Positions 18,839-29,281 of a DNA stretch of 64,000 bases are shown piece by piece. The position numbers and the translations under genes were made by a program. The first letter of the stretch is position 1. Every line of letters starts with the position of its first letter. The notes beneath the pieces are model-generated. The model had not been told where the DNA came from, searched no databases, and saw only the letters and a list, made by a program, of their open reading frames with translations. Source of the DNA: an uncultured cyanobacterium (GTDB taxonomy: Bacteria; Cyanobacteriota; Cyanobacteriia; Cyanobacteriales; CAWCAG01). The stretch is taken from contig CAWCAG010000009.1 of the NCBI GenBank assembly GCA_963793425.1, positions 640,001 to 704,000 on the forward strand, read 5' to 3'.

Positions 18839-21800
18839 TTAATAATAACTCCGGGGTAAAAGTGTTGTGAAAGTTGTCCCCTTACCAACTTCGCTAACAA
18901 ATTTTATTTCGCCCCCGTAAGCTTCTACGCACCTTTTCACAATAGCTAATCCTAAACCTGTACCGGGAATATTGCCAACATTATTACCGCGATGGAAAGA
19001 TTCAAATAAATGTACTTGGTCTGCTGGAGGAATGCCAATACCAGCATCTTGAACTTGCAAAGCGATCAAGTCTCCTAAAGAAGCTAAAGAAAATTTGATG
19101 GTACTATATTCTGGAGAGTATTTAATGGCATTGGAAAGGAGATTAGTGAGAATATGTCGTAGTAGCTTTTTATCTAAATAAGGATGCTCTTCTGGCCATT
19201 GATTAGTAAAATCAATTTTGTACTTATGAAGATGATTAAGTTGAAGTTCTTCAACAATTTCTTGGCAAAAACCAACTAAATCAACAATTTCTGGGTTGAA
19301 ATCCAATTTCTCTGCTTCCGCTTTACCAATAATGAGAATATCATTTAATAATTCTGTGATCTGTTGTACAGAAGTTTGAATACGATAATAATGAGTAAGT
19401 TGTCTTTCTTGTGACCATTTATGGTGATAATGTTCTAATAATTCAGCAGAAGAAAGAATCGTACTTAAAGGGGTACGAAATTCATGGGAAGCCATGGAAA
19501 TGAAGCGTGATTTCAACTCTACTAATTCTCTTTCTTTTGCTAAAGCTTGATGCAATTCTCCTTCTGCCCTTTTCCGTTCAGTAATGTCACGATACATCCA
19601 AAGATGACCTTCATAATTGTCATCAATAAAAATTGGTACATAGTCTCTTTCTAAAGTTCTGCCATCTTTTAATGATAACTCTTCATTAGTTACTACTTGT
19701 TTGGTTTTGGTAATTTTCTGGTAGTTTTTTAAGAAGGTTTGAGGATTTTGAAATAAATGCTGATGCTCTTGAGAAAATCCGGCAAAGTCTTCTCCGGCTA
19801 GTAATTGAGGAGCATGGGAAATGTTAAATAATTGGCAAAAAAGCTGATTGGTTAAAATAACTTTGCCATCGCGGTCTTTAAATAAAACACCAAACTGTAA
19901 ATTGCTAATTAAAGCAGTCAATCGAGAAGTTGTTGCCCTTAGTTTCTCCTCTGCTTGTTTGCGTTTGGTGATATTTTCCACCATAGCTAAACCATAACGC
20001 CACTGATTGTTACTATCGCCAATATAACCGCAAGTTTGTTTAACCCAAATCGTTTCTCCACTTTTATTAATGTAGCGTTTTTCTAATTGATAGTTATTAA
20101 TTTCTCTGCTTTGAAATTTAGCTAAGTAAGGTGTCTCTTCAGCCACATCTTCAGGATGATTAATTATCAAAAAAGTAAATTGTTCCAATTCCTCTGGGGT
20201 ATAACCAACTAAACTACAAAAAGAAGGATTAACTTGGACAAATTTGCCCTCAAAATCATAAAGAGCCATACCAATAGGCGCATCTTGAAAAACCCGGCGA
20301 AACTTTTCTTCACTTTTCGCTAATTCTTTAGTCAAGGCTTGCTTCGCTTCTGTTTCTGCTTGAAGCTTTTCTAAAGATTGTCTTAAAGCTCTAGTTCTTT
20401 CTTCAACTCTTATTTCCAAAACCTCATAACTTTCCCGCAAGGCTTCTTCAGCTTTTTTACGCTGGGTAATATCAGTAGCAACACAAATCACTTGGTTAAC
20501 CTGACCATGAGGAGAAAATAAAGGTCTTTTGATAGTTTGCAAATAAACCTTTTCTCCTTGAGAATTTGTCACTATCTCTTCAGGAATAAATTTAGCTTTT
20601 AAACTAGAAATAACCTCTCGGTCAGCCGCAATAAAACCTGCAACTTCTTGAACATCGCTATTAAAATCGGCATCAGTTTTACCAACTAAATCATCTACTG
20701 TTGTACCATAAACTTCTGCTAAAGCTTGGTTCGCCAGCGTAAATCTCCCTTCCCAATCTTTGACAAAAATTAAGTTAGGATTAGTATTAACAATACTATG
20801 GAGAAACTCTTTTTGCCCCCGTAACTCAGCTTCTGCTTGCTTACGTTTAGTAATGTCAATACCGACAGATACCACAGCTCGGTTGTGATTATATTTTTGA
20901 GCAGCAATTACATAACTTCTCGTATCATCACCAACCTCTGCTTTAACAACTTCGCTAATAGTTTGCTCCTTAGTTTGGAGAAAATTGTGCATAAACTGCA
21001 CAAATTCTGGACTATTTCTTAAAAAACCTAATTCCTGCCCCACAAAGTCATCGGGATTTAAGTTTAAAGTTTGAGCAAGATGGCAATTAACCCCCAAATA
21101 ATGCCCTTGGGCATCCATCCAAGATACAAAACCTGGTACAGTATCAATAATAGCTCTGAGTCTATCTTTAGCTTCTTGGAGGTCATTGAGAGCTTGTTTG
21201 CGCTTAGTGATATCGTTGAAGCTGCTAATAAAACAAGTTTCCCCAGCAAATTCAATGGTTTCTACACAAAGGGATACTTCACGAATTTCTCCACTTTTGG
21301 TACGTAACTGAGTTTCTAAATTTTCAATAAAACCACAGGAGTGAAGCTGAGATTGCATATTTTGGTATTGCTTGTTATCAAACCAAATTCCTAATTCTTC
21401 TGCACTAAAACCAATAACTTCCTGTCTTTGATAACCTAGTAATTTGAGGAAACTAGCATTAACTTCCCCAAAAGAATCTTCCTGGCTAGAACTAATACTA
21501 ATAGCTACAGGAGCAGTTAAGAAAGCTTGGCGAAATCGGATTTCAGTTGGTATTAATTGAGAAATTTCTTCTAAGGTAACAATCCCTAGCAATTCACCTT
21601 GATTATCTTTCACAGGTAAGCAGTTGAGGCGATGCTGCTGTAGTAAAGACAGAGCAGAAAAGATATCTTCATGACCAAATAAAGACAAGGTAACAAATGC
21701 TGTATTCATAGCCTCAGCAACTAAAATCTCTTGGCAATTTTTACTAGCAGCTATCAGCGGTAAAAGTTCCCGCTCACTAAACAATCCTACTACTGTATTA

Positions 21801-21934
21801 TTTTCTATAACCAAAGCAAAACGAGCCAGCAGTTTTTCTGTTTGCCCAGCCATCAAACTCAGTACCTCACTAACTGATGCTTGGGGTGCAACAGTAACAA
21901 AGTTTCGGTTAATTACTGAATCTAAGTTTGCCAT
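18839..21934 (-). CDS. CBS-multi-PAS sensor histidine kinase
   Basis: N-terminal CBS pair, about five PAS/PAC units, SHEFRTPL H-box, N/G boxes; ATG at 21934 avoids overlap with chrA. Confidence 0.92.
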   Translation of the reverse strand: MANLDSVINRNFVTVAPQASVSEVLSLMAGQTEKLLARFALVIENNTVVGLFSERELLPLIAASKNCQEILVAEAMNTAFVTLSLFGHEDIFSALSLLQQHRLNCLPVKDNQGELLGIVTLEEISQLIPTEIRFRQAFLTAPVAISISSSQEDSFGEVNASFLKLLGYQRQEVIGFSAEELGIWFDNKQYQNMQSQLHSCGFIENLETQLRTKSGEIREVSLCVETIEFAGETCFISSFNDITKRKQALNDLQEAKDRLRAIIDTVPGFVSWMDAQGHYLGVNCHLAQTLNLNPDDFVGQELGFLRNSPEFVQFMHNFLQTKEQTISEVVKAEVGDDTRSYVIAAQKYNHNRAVVSVGIDITKRKQAEAELRGQKEFLHSIVNTNPNLIFVKDWEGRFTLANQALAEVYGTTVDDLVGKTDADFNSDVQEVAGFIAADREVISSLKAKFIPEEIVTNSQGEKVYLQTIKRPLFSPHGQVNQVICVATDITQRKKAEEALRESYEVLEIRVEERTRALRQSLEKLQAETEAKQALTKELAKSEEKFRRVFQDAPIGMALYDFEGKFVQVNPSFCSLVGYTPEELEQFTFLIINHPEDVAEETPYLAKFQSREINNYQLEKRYINKSGETIWVKQTCGYIGDSNNQWRYGLAMVENITKRKQAEEKLRATTSRLTALISNLQFGVLFKDRDGKVILTNQLFCQLFNISHAPQLLAGEDFAGFSQEHQHLFQNPQTFLKNYQKITKTKQVVTNEELSLKDGRTLERDYVPIFIDDNYEGHLWMYRDITERKRAEGELHQALAKERELVELKSRFISMASHEFRTPLSTILSSAELLEHYHHKWSQERQLTHYYRIQTSVQQITELLNDILIIGKAEAEKLDFNPEIVDLVGFCQEIVEELQLNHLHKYKIDFTNQWPEEHPYLDKKLLRHILTNLLSNAIKYSPEYSTIKFSLASLGDLIALQVQDAGIGIPPADQVHLFESFHRGNNVGNIPGTGLGLAIVKRCVEAYGGEIKFVSEVGKGTTFTTLLPRSYY

Positions 21935-22020
21935 GATTAAAAAAAAGGAATTTGAGAGTAGGGCAAGTTCAGCCACTAAAGTTTTATACAGACTTACTTC
22001 AGGTGTTTCTGTAAATTTTT

Positions 22021-23202
22021 CTAAATATTGAAAAGATAACCAATCACTGCTCCCCCCAAAACCAGCCAAGCAGCATTTAATTTAAAGCGTAGTAAAACAA
22101 TAGTTGCAATAGCTGCGATTCCAACTGCAACAAGATCAATAGGAAAGTTAGCTGTAGGTTGAATTAGGGTAGCTTGAATTAATTTTAGGGTGACAACTAC
22201 CATTAATGCCACAGAGCTTACATTCACCGCATCCAAAAAAGCAGATGTCCAGGGAGACTGGCGTAATTTGGTAATCAGTGGGTTGAGAATAATAACAAAA
22301 ATAAAGGAAGGTAAAAAGATCCCTAAAGTAGCGACAATTGCCCCAGGAACCCCTAAAATCAAATAACCAATAAAGGTTGAGGTAGAAAGTACCGGTCCGG
22401 GAGTAAACTGGCCAATAGCGATGGCATCTAAGAGTTGTTGCCCAGAAAGCCAATGATATTTGTTAACTACTTCTCCTTCCAAAAAGGCTATTAAGACATA
22501 ACCGCTACCAAATAAAACACTTCCCACCTTGAGGAAAAACAAACCTAATTGCCAAAGAGGGGGAGTAACTAAAGAATCTACTTGGGCTGCAACGGCTTTG
22601 ATTATAGTACCCGTAGTTAAACTACCAATCACGATCTCAACTGTAGAGTTAGGAGGTTGTTTTTTACCGGCTGTTAATTGTAGCCAAATACCCCCAACTA
22701 CTCCCCCAATTAATAAAGCAACTATTTCATTAAGTCCTAAAAGTAATAAAGGTACAACTCCCAAACCAATAAGTAAAAGTTGGTAACTCTTCACAGCTTT
22801 ATTGCCTAAACGCCACAAAGCCCCCAGAATTACGGCTAATACCGCAGGTTTAATACCATAAAGTAAAGGAGCAAGTTGAGGTAAAGTACCAAATTCTTGG
22901 TATAACCAAGCTAAAATCGCCGTAATAGTTACCGCCGGGAAAATAAAGCAGATTCCTGCTACAACTAACCCTGATAAACCGGCGTAAAGATAACCCACAT
23001 GAATAGCCATTTCTGTGGAATTAGGGCCGGGAATTAAATTAGTTGCCCCCACTAAATCTAAAAACTGGGATCGCGTCAACCACTGACGACGGCTAACCAC
23101 CTCCTCTTCCATCATCGCTATATGGGCAGCCGGTCCTCCGAAACCAATAATACCTAACTTCAAGAATAATGTTGCTAATTCTCTGAGGCGAGGGTTGGAC
23201 AT
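22021..23202 (-). CDS. chrA: Chromate efflux transporter (long-chain CHR)
   Basis: GFGGPAAH, IPGPNSTE, FGSGY, QFTPGP. Confidence 0.94.
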   Translation of the reverse strand: MSNPRLRELATLFLKLGIIGFGGPAAHIAMMEEEVVSRRQWLTRSQFLDLVGATNLIPGPNSTEMAIHVGYLYAGLSGLVVAGICFIFPAVTITAILAWLYQEFGTLPQLAPLLYGIKPAVLAVILGALWRLGNKAVKSYQLLLIGLGVVPLLLLGLNEIVALLIGGVVGGIWLQLTAGKKQPPNSTVEIVIGSLTTGTIIKAVAAQVDSLVTPPLWQLGLFFLKVGSVLFGSGYVLIAFLEGEVVNKYHWLSGQQLLDAIAIGQFTPGPVLSTSTFIGYLILGVPGAIVATLGIFLPSFIFVIILNPLITKLRQSPWTSAFLDAVNVSSVALMVVVTLKLIQATLIQPTANFPIDLVAVGIAAIATIVLLRFKLNAAWLVLGGAVIGYLFNI

Positions 23203-23549
23203 AGTTTTTATTATTAGTGATGCTAAGGATTAATTATTGCATTTTCAGTTTGCAACATTAAGTAGTAGTTAATAGCTAATCCCAAACCAGCAAATCTTTC
23301 TCTTTGTTACGTATTTGTAGACGATCTCACGTGAGAATGTTATAAATGACCCGAAGTCTGACATAATTAATATCCATTTTTAGGGAACACCCATCTCCAA
23401 GATTGATACTCAATTGCCAACACCTTCAAGGTGAAATTGCTGAGGATATTAATCGATTTGTCAAGATATCTCAAGTCATTAAAATACAATTTCAGGGAAT
23501 CAATTGCATCTAATTTGCCATTAGTTATTTTCTAGAGGTTAGTTCTATT

Positions 23550-24539
23550 ATGGCAGCATTTACTGTAGCTATTCGCGCTTGTAACGGAGAAAAGTACTTA
23601 CCACTTATCTTAGATAAACTAAAAGAGCAGGTAAACATAGAGAATATTGATTGGGAAATAGTTATTGTTGATAATAATAGTACAGACAATACAGCCAAAA
23701 TTATTAAAAAATATCAGTCAGACTGGCCAAAACCCTATCCCCTTAAATATTACTTTGAAGCTGAACAAAGTGCCTTTCTAGCCAGAAAGCGAGCCATAAA
23801 AGAAGCTAGAGGAGATTTAATTGGTTTCCTTGATGATGATAATATACCTGCCTCCAACTGGGTAGAAGAAGCTTATTCTTTTGGTCAATCCCATCCCCAA
23901 GTAGCCGCTTATGGTAGTCAAATTCATGGTGAATATGAAGTTGAACCACCACCAAATTTTGAGAGAATTGCTGGTTTTATACCAATCATAGAACGCCCGA
24001 AAGCAATTTGCTTCAATCACTATTTATACGGCAAAAAAGGATTATTGCCACCAGGAGCGGGACTAGTTATCAGGAAAAAAGTATGGCTAGAAAATGTGCC
24101 AGAAAAACTTCATTTTCAAGGTCCGGTTGGCAAATCTTTAGGTGCAAAAGGAGAAGATATTGAAGCCTTAATACACATAAAGAAAGCAGGAAAAGAAATT
24201 TGGTATAACCCAAAAATGGCAATATTCCATCAAATACCTAAAACTCGATTTGACAGGGAATACCTGCGGCGCTTTTTTCGAGGAATTGGTTCGGGGCGTT
24301 ATCGTCTGAGAATGGCAAGATACAAGAGTTGGCAACGCCCTTTTATGACTCTTTTATATATAGTTAACGACTTGCGTAAAGTTATTTTTCACTTTTTCAA
24401 GTATCGAACAGTTTTAGCTACTGATGTTGTAGCAGCAGGGGAAATGGAGTTATATTTGAGTACCTTAGCAAGCCCATTTTTAGGTTGGCAAAAAAGAATT
24501 ACTGCGATAGGGAAAGCCAAAATAAAAGGGAAAGCTTAA
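23550..24539 (+). CDS. GT2 glycosyltransferase, HpsE-like (second paralog)
   Basis: FTVAIR..NG, VDNNSTD, FLDDDNIP, LPPGAG, GEDIE, IWYNP. Confidence 0.88.
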   Translation: MAAFTVAIRACNGEKYLPLILDKLKEQVNIENIDWEIVIVDNNSTDNTAKIIKKYQSDWPKPYPLKYYFEAEQSAFLARKRAIKEARGDLIGFLDDDNIPASNWVEEAYSFGQSHPQVAAYGSQIHGEYEVEPPPNFERIAGFIPIIERPKAICFNHYLYGKKGLLPPGAGLVIRKKVWLENVPEKLHFQGPVGKSLGAKGEDIEALIHIKKAGKEIWYNPKMAIFHQIPKTRFDREYLRRFFRGIGSGRYRLRMARYKSWQRPFMTLLYIVNDLRKVIFHFFKYRTVLATDVVAAGEMELYLSTLASPFLGWQKRITAIGKAKIKGKA

Positions 24540-24581
24540 TATTTTTCTCATCCACTTCCTAATTCAAAAAAAATAAAAGTT

Positions 24582-26102
24582 ATGACAGTAAAAAAAGTTT
24601 TATTCCTTGGCTTAGATTCTGCTGAACCAAAACTTCTTAAGCAGTGGAGTGAAGATGGTAGTCTTCCTAATTTACAAAAGATTGGGCAAAGTAGTACTTG
24701 GGGAAATATGAAAATTCCTAAAGGTTTTAGTAATGGTGCAATGTGGCCTTCTCTATTTACTGGAGTCAATTTGGGTAAACATGGTAGATATAATTACCTT
24801 CATATTAAGCCTGGTACTTATGATGTTAGAAATCATTTTTATGAAGATACCGACTATCAAGTGTTACCTTTTTGGGTTGATTTAAGTAACCAGGGAAAAC
24901 GAGTAGGAATTGTTGATGTACCTAGAGCGCCTCTAACTCAAAACATCAACGGAGTTCAAATAGCTGATTGGTTAACCCATGACCGACGAGATGCGATCGC
25001 AAGAAGTTATCCAGAAAGTTTAGCTCAAAATATAATTGCAACTTTTGGTGATGATGAAATAGGAGAAAGACCAGAATTATATCTGAAAAATCACAGTTAT
25101 CAAGCTTTTATTGAACTACTGAAAGAAAGAATAGACATAAGGGCTGAACAAACCATTCAACTAGCCAAACAAGCAGACTATAACTTTTTTATGACAGTGT
25201 TTGGTGAACCACACGATATTGGTCATATGTGTTGGCATTTACACGATTCTACTCGTCAAGATTATAATAGCAACTTTGGTAATCCCGTTAAAGACATTTA
25301 TGTTGCTTTAGATAAAGCCCTTGGCAAAATCATTGATAATCTTGACTACACTGACATAATTGTCTTTGCTGGCCCAGGAATAACCAACAACTATGGTATT
25401 AACGAAGGCTTTGATCCTGTCTTACAAAAGATTGAACAAAACTTTTTAAAACAATCTAAATCAACAAAAAAAAGAAAACAATCTCTCATTCCTAAAATCC
25501 GAAGTCTAGTTAGACAATATCTACCCAAAAAAATGAGAGGTAAAATTTATAATAAAATACCTGATGCTGTAAAAAAACAGGAAAAAACATTACTAACAAG
25601 TAAGCAGAGATGGTTTATTTTGCCTTTTGGAGACACTGGCTGTGCTATTAGGCTAAATGTTGTTGGTAGAGAACCTAACGGTTTAATAAAATCAGGGCAA
25701 GAATACGATGAAATATGTAACTTTATTCGCGACTCTCTTTCTACCTTAAATAATTTGGAAACAGGAACTCCTTTAGTAGAAGAAGTTATTCAAATAAATC
25801 AGTTCTATCATGGGCAAGCTGTAGAACAATTACCTGATCTTGTAGTCAATTGGAACAGGAAAGATCCCATCAGACTAATTGGTTCAGAAGAATTAGGAGA
25901 ATTTGAAGTTAAATGCTATACCCGTAGAACTGGAGAACACAATGATGATGCCATATTTTGGCTAAATAGTTTATCTTTAAACCCTCAAAAATTAGAAAAG
26001 ACTCTCAAAGTAGAAGACTTAGCACCGACAATTGCCACATTATTAAATATTAAATTGAGCGAGACAGATGGTTCACCTATTCAAGAAATGGTAGGTAATT
26101 AA
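24582..26102 (+). CDS. Alkaline-phosphatase-superfamily (type I phosphodiesterase/sulfatase-like) protein
   Basis: LGLDSA, WPSLFTGVN.GKHG, HDIGH..WH, LNVVGREPNG, TGEH. Confidence 0.85.
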   Translation: MTVKKVLFLGLDSAEPKLLKQWSEDGSLPNLQKIGQSSTWGNMKIPKGFSNGAMWPSLFTGVNLGKHGRYNYLHIKPGTYDVRNHFYEDTDYQVLPFWVDLSNQGKRVGIVDVPRAPLTQNINGVQIADWLTHDRRDAIARSYPESLAQNIIATFGDDEIGERPELYLKNHSYQAFIELLKERIDIRAEQTIQLAKQADYNFFMTVFGEPHDIGHMCWHLHDSTRQDYNSNFGNPVKDIYVALDKALGKIIDNLDYTDIIVFAGPGITNNYGINEGFDPVLQKIEQNFLKQSKSTKKRKQSLIPKIRSLVRQYLPKKMRGKIYNKIPDAVKKQEKTLLTSKQRWFILPFGDTGCAIRLNVVGREPNGLIKSGQEYDEICNFIRDSLSTLNNLETGTPLVEEVIQINQFYHGQAVEQLPDLVVNWNRKDPIRLIGSEELGEFEVKCYTRRTGEHNDDAIFWLNSLSLNPQKLEKTLKVEDLAPTIATLLNIKLSETDGSPIQEMVGN

Positions 26103-26201
26103 CAAGCTAAATGAATAGAAGACAACAAATTCGTTTTTACCTATCTTTATTAATTACTTTAATAGAATGTATCTTTCCTAGATAAGCTAACTTAAAATAT
26201 T

Positions 26202-27368
26202 ATGAGTAACAAATCCAAACAAAAACCTCTTAAACTCGGTATTGTTTGTAACGAATTTTTCGCTCTTTCTCAAGGCAGAATGGGGGGGTTTGGTTGGGCT
26301 GCTAGTCAAGTAGCCAAATGCCTTAATCCAGACCCAAATGTAGAAGTAGTTTTTTTAGCTGGGGAAGGCTATGGTAAGGAAGGAAAACCAGATCCCATCG
26401 TTCACGATACTCCCCTTATTCTCCGCCAGCGCAATAAATTTGCCTACGCAAAGCGTATATGGGACGAGAAAATAGATTTAATCCTCTCCATCGACTACCG
26501 CCCCAATTATCGCCCTTTATTTTGGCTTTTACCTTTCACTCCTATTATCGTTTGGGTGCGTGATCCTAGACCTCCAGAGGATATAGAAAAAATTGACACT
26601 GCCCGCATTCCTGGGGCAGAAGATGTTTATCCCCAAGGGTTAAGTTGTTTTGATTGCACTTCTTTAGGAGGAGTAGTAAAGGTTTCCAACTGGTTACGTC
26701 GTCCAGTTTTATTTGGAACTCCCGCTAATTTTCTCAAGGACAAAGTACCAGGGACTTATGGAGTAAAACCGCCAGAAGTTAAATTATTACCTAATATTAT
26801 TGACTTTGAACCGGGAGAAATTGTTAAGAGTGAAAAACCCTCCGTAGTCTTTCTTGCCCGTTTAGACCCCTACAAACGTCCTTGGTTAATTGTAGAAATT
26901 GCCCGTCATTTTCCGGAGGTTGATTTTATTTTAATGGGTAAATCTCATTTTGAAGGTAAAGGGTCTTGGCAACCAGATAATTTACCGAGTAACGTGAAGT
27001 TAAGGGGTCATGTTGGTGGAGAAGAAAAAATCCGTATTTTATCTTCAGCTTGGGTTTTAGTTAATACTTCTATTCATGAAGGATTAGCGGTTAGTTTCCA
27101 AGAAGCCTTGAAGTGTGAAACGCCAATTCTGAGTTGTTTAGACCCAGAAAATGTAGTATCTCGCTTTGGTGTTTATGTGGGGCGTTGGGATGGTACAGGT
27201 ATGGAAGGAATGCCTAAGTTGGTTGAGGGTTTAAATTGTCTTTTAGAAGATGAAGAGTTACGGACTCGTTTAGGTAACGAAGGTAGGAAATGGGTGAGTG
27301 AAACTCATAACAAGCCACGTTTTTTAGAAGTATTTTATGCTTTGTGTAATCAGGCTGGTGTAGTGTAA
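26202..27368 (+). CDS. GT4 glycosyltransferase
   Basis: GGFG, LARLDPYKRP, NTSIHEGLAVSFQEAL. Confidence 0.9.
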   Translation: MSNKSKQKPLKLGIVCNEFFALSQGRMGGFGWAASQVAKCLNPDPNVEVVFLAGEGYGKEGKPDPIVHDTPLILRQRNKFAYAKRIWDEKIDLILSIDYRPNYRPLFWLLPFTPIIVWVRDPRPPEDIEKIDTARIPGAEDVYPQGLSCFDCTSLGGVVKVSNWLRRPVLFGTPANFLKDKVPGTYGVKPPEVKLLPNIIDFEPGEIVKSEKPSVVFLARLDPYKRPWLIVEIARHFPEVDFILMGKSHFEGKGSWQPDNLPSNVKLRGHVGGEEKIRILSSAWVLVNTSIHEGLAVSFQEALKCETPILSCLDPENVVSRFGVYVGRWDGTGMEGMPKLVEGLNCLLEDEELRTRLGNEGRKWVSETHNKPRFLEVFYALCNQAGVV

Positions 27369-27447
27369 TTGAAATCAACTATTCTCTGCAAATTATTGTT
27401 AAATAAAATTTTACATTGCTAAATAACAAGAGGAGATAATAGAGCAG

Positions 27448-28359
27448 ATGACAATGCCAAATTTTTTGATTATCGGTGCGCCTAAAGCTGGGACTACTGC
27501 ACTTTACCGCTATTTAAAAGAGCATCCACAGATTTATATGAGTCCTTTAAAAGAAACTCAGTTTTTTGTATTTGTCGATGAAGAAGATTTGAGTTTTAGT
27601 AGCAATGAGCCTTTTTTAAAACAATACAAGCAAACTAAAGATATTGAATCTTACTATACTTTGTTTAAAGGTATTTCACAAGAAATAGCAATCGGTGAAG
27701 TATCTCCTTGGTACATTTATCTACCGAAGGTTGCTAGTAAAATTAGAAAATATATTCCTGATGTCAAAATAATCGCGATTTTGCGAGATCCAGTTGAAAG
27801 AGCTTATTCAAATTTTTTGCATTCAGTTCGTGACGATATAGAACCAATTAATGTTAACTTTGTTCAGGCAATGGAGTTAGAAGCAGAACGAATTAGAAAT
27901 AATTGGTCTCCACGCTTTCATTACAAGCAAAAGGGCTTTTACTATACACAAATGAAACGTTACTTTGATTTGTTTAAACCAGAGCAAATTAAAGTATATA
28001 TATACGAGGAATTTCAGGAAAAACAGATTGATATTTTACGAGATATATTTATATTTCTAGGAGTAGATAATACATTCGTTCCTGATATTTCTAAAAAATA
28101 TAATGATTCACGTATTCCAAGAAGCAGAGTTTACAACAAAATCATGCTTAGAGCTAATCCTGTAGATTCTATTAGTTCAATATTGCCATCAAGTTTAAGG
28201 AATAAGATTAAAAATAGGCTAGTTAAAATTAATCTCTCTGAACAAAAACCAAATTTACCAAAGGCAGTTCGCGAAAAATTTATTAAAGAATATAGAGAAG
28301 ATATTTTAAAACTTCAAGATTTAATTCAAAAAGATTTGTCTCACTGGCTAAAAGTTTAG
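27448..28359 (+). CDS. Sulfotransferase
   Basis: PNFLIIGAPKAGTT 5'-PSB; LRDPVERAYS 3'-PB. Confidence 0.93.
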   Translation: MTMPNFLIIGAPKAGTTALYRYLKEHPQIYMSPLKETQFFVFVDEEDLSFSSNEPFLKQYKQTKDIESYYTLFKGISQEIAIGEVSPWYIYLPKVASKIRKYIPDVKIIAILRDPVERAYSNFLHSVRDDIEPINVNFVQAMELEAERIRNNWSPRFHYKQKGFYYTQMKRYFDLFKPEQIKVYIYEEFQEKQIDILRDIFIFLGVDNTFVPDISKKYNDSRIPRSRVYNKIMLRANPVDSISSILPSSLRNKIKNRLVKINLSEQKPNLPKAVREKFIKEYREDILKLQDLIQKDLSHWLKV

Positions 28360-28369
28360 GATAAAAATT

Positions 28370-29278
28370 ATGCAGCAGCCATTAGTGTCTGTAGTCATTA
28401 CAACGTACAACAGATTGAATTTTCTCAAGGAAGCAGTCAGTAGTGTCCAAGCTCAAACATTCCAAAATTGGGAATTAGTCGTTATTGATGATGCTTCCCC
28501 TGACGATACATGGGATTGGCTTACAGAATTACAAAATGAACATATACGAGTCTTTCGTCAGGAGAAAAATAGTGAACGCTCTGCTGCCCGAAACAGAGGT
28601 TTAAAGGAGGCGAAGGGAGAATTTATTATGTTTCTAGATGATGATGATAAACTCCGAAATAATGCCCTAGCTGATTTAGTTAAACCGTTGATTAATGACT
28701 CTCAAGTTGTAGCAACAGTAGGTGCTAGATGGAAATATAAAGAGGGAGTTTATGCAGTTAAAATTGACCATCCAATTATTAAGTTTAAACGAGTAATTTG
28801 GCCTGAACTTTTGGCTGGTTGGTCTTCTATTTCTGGTCAAAACTTGTATCGTAAAACCATTGTTGAAGAGCTTGGAGGGTACAGACTAGATATGAACATT
28901 GCAGAAGATCGGCAGTTATGGCTTCGTGTTGCCAAGTTAGGTAAAGTAGCCATTATTCCCTCAATTGTTCTAGAGTATCGCGCCCACGGGGAACAGTGGA
29001 GACCAAAAAATATTGTTGAGATAAGGGAACAAGTTTTTCGAGAATTTATTAAAAGTATTCCTACTGAAGAACAACCTAGAGGAAGAAAGATTCGAGAAAG
29101 CGCCCGTAGCTCAGAAAAAGGTGAAGAAGAATATAGAAAAGGCAACTATAAACTTGCTCTTAATTGCTACCTTAAAGCTTGTCAAACTGCACCAGACCTT
29201 GTTGTATCACCTCTTACAGGTAAACCTATGATTCGTGGTGTTGCTAAATCTTTAGTTCGTTCCCTGTTACCAAAATAA
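28370..29278 (+). CDS. GT2 glycosyltransferase with C-terminal TPR-like helices
   Basis: VSVVITTYNR, IDDASPD, ARNRG, FLDDDD, AED. Confidence 0.92.
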   Translation: MQQPLVSVVITTYNRLNFLKEAVSSVQAQTFQNWELVVIDDASPDDTWDWLTELQNEHIRVFRQEKNSERSAARNRGLKEAKGEFIMFLDDDDKLRNNALADLVKPLINDSQVVATVGARWKYKEGVYAVKIDHPIIKFKRVIWPELLAGWSSISGQNLYRKTIVEELGGYRLDMNIAEDRQLWLRVAKLGKVAIIPSIVLEYRAHGEQWRPKNIVEIREQVFREFIKSIPTEEQPRGRKIRESARSSEKGEEEYRKGNYKLALNCYLKACQTAPDLVVSPLTGKPMIRGVAKSLVRSLLPK

Positions 29279-29281
29279 CCA

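Noticed and set aside
21935..22069. 45-codon N-terminal extension of the CBS-PAS kinase
   Set aside because: Starts at TTG inside chrA; ATG 21934 directly precedes the CBS domain
16300..24990. Stretch with no HIP1 site seen, as a sign of foreign DNA
   Set aside because: Contains typical native cyanobacterial genes; by-eye counts are too sparse, which also weakens the HIP1 argument for the glycan cluster
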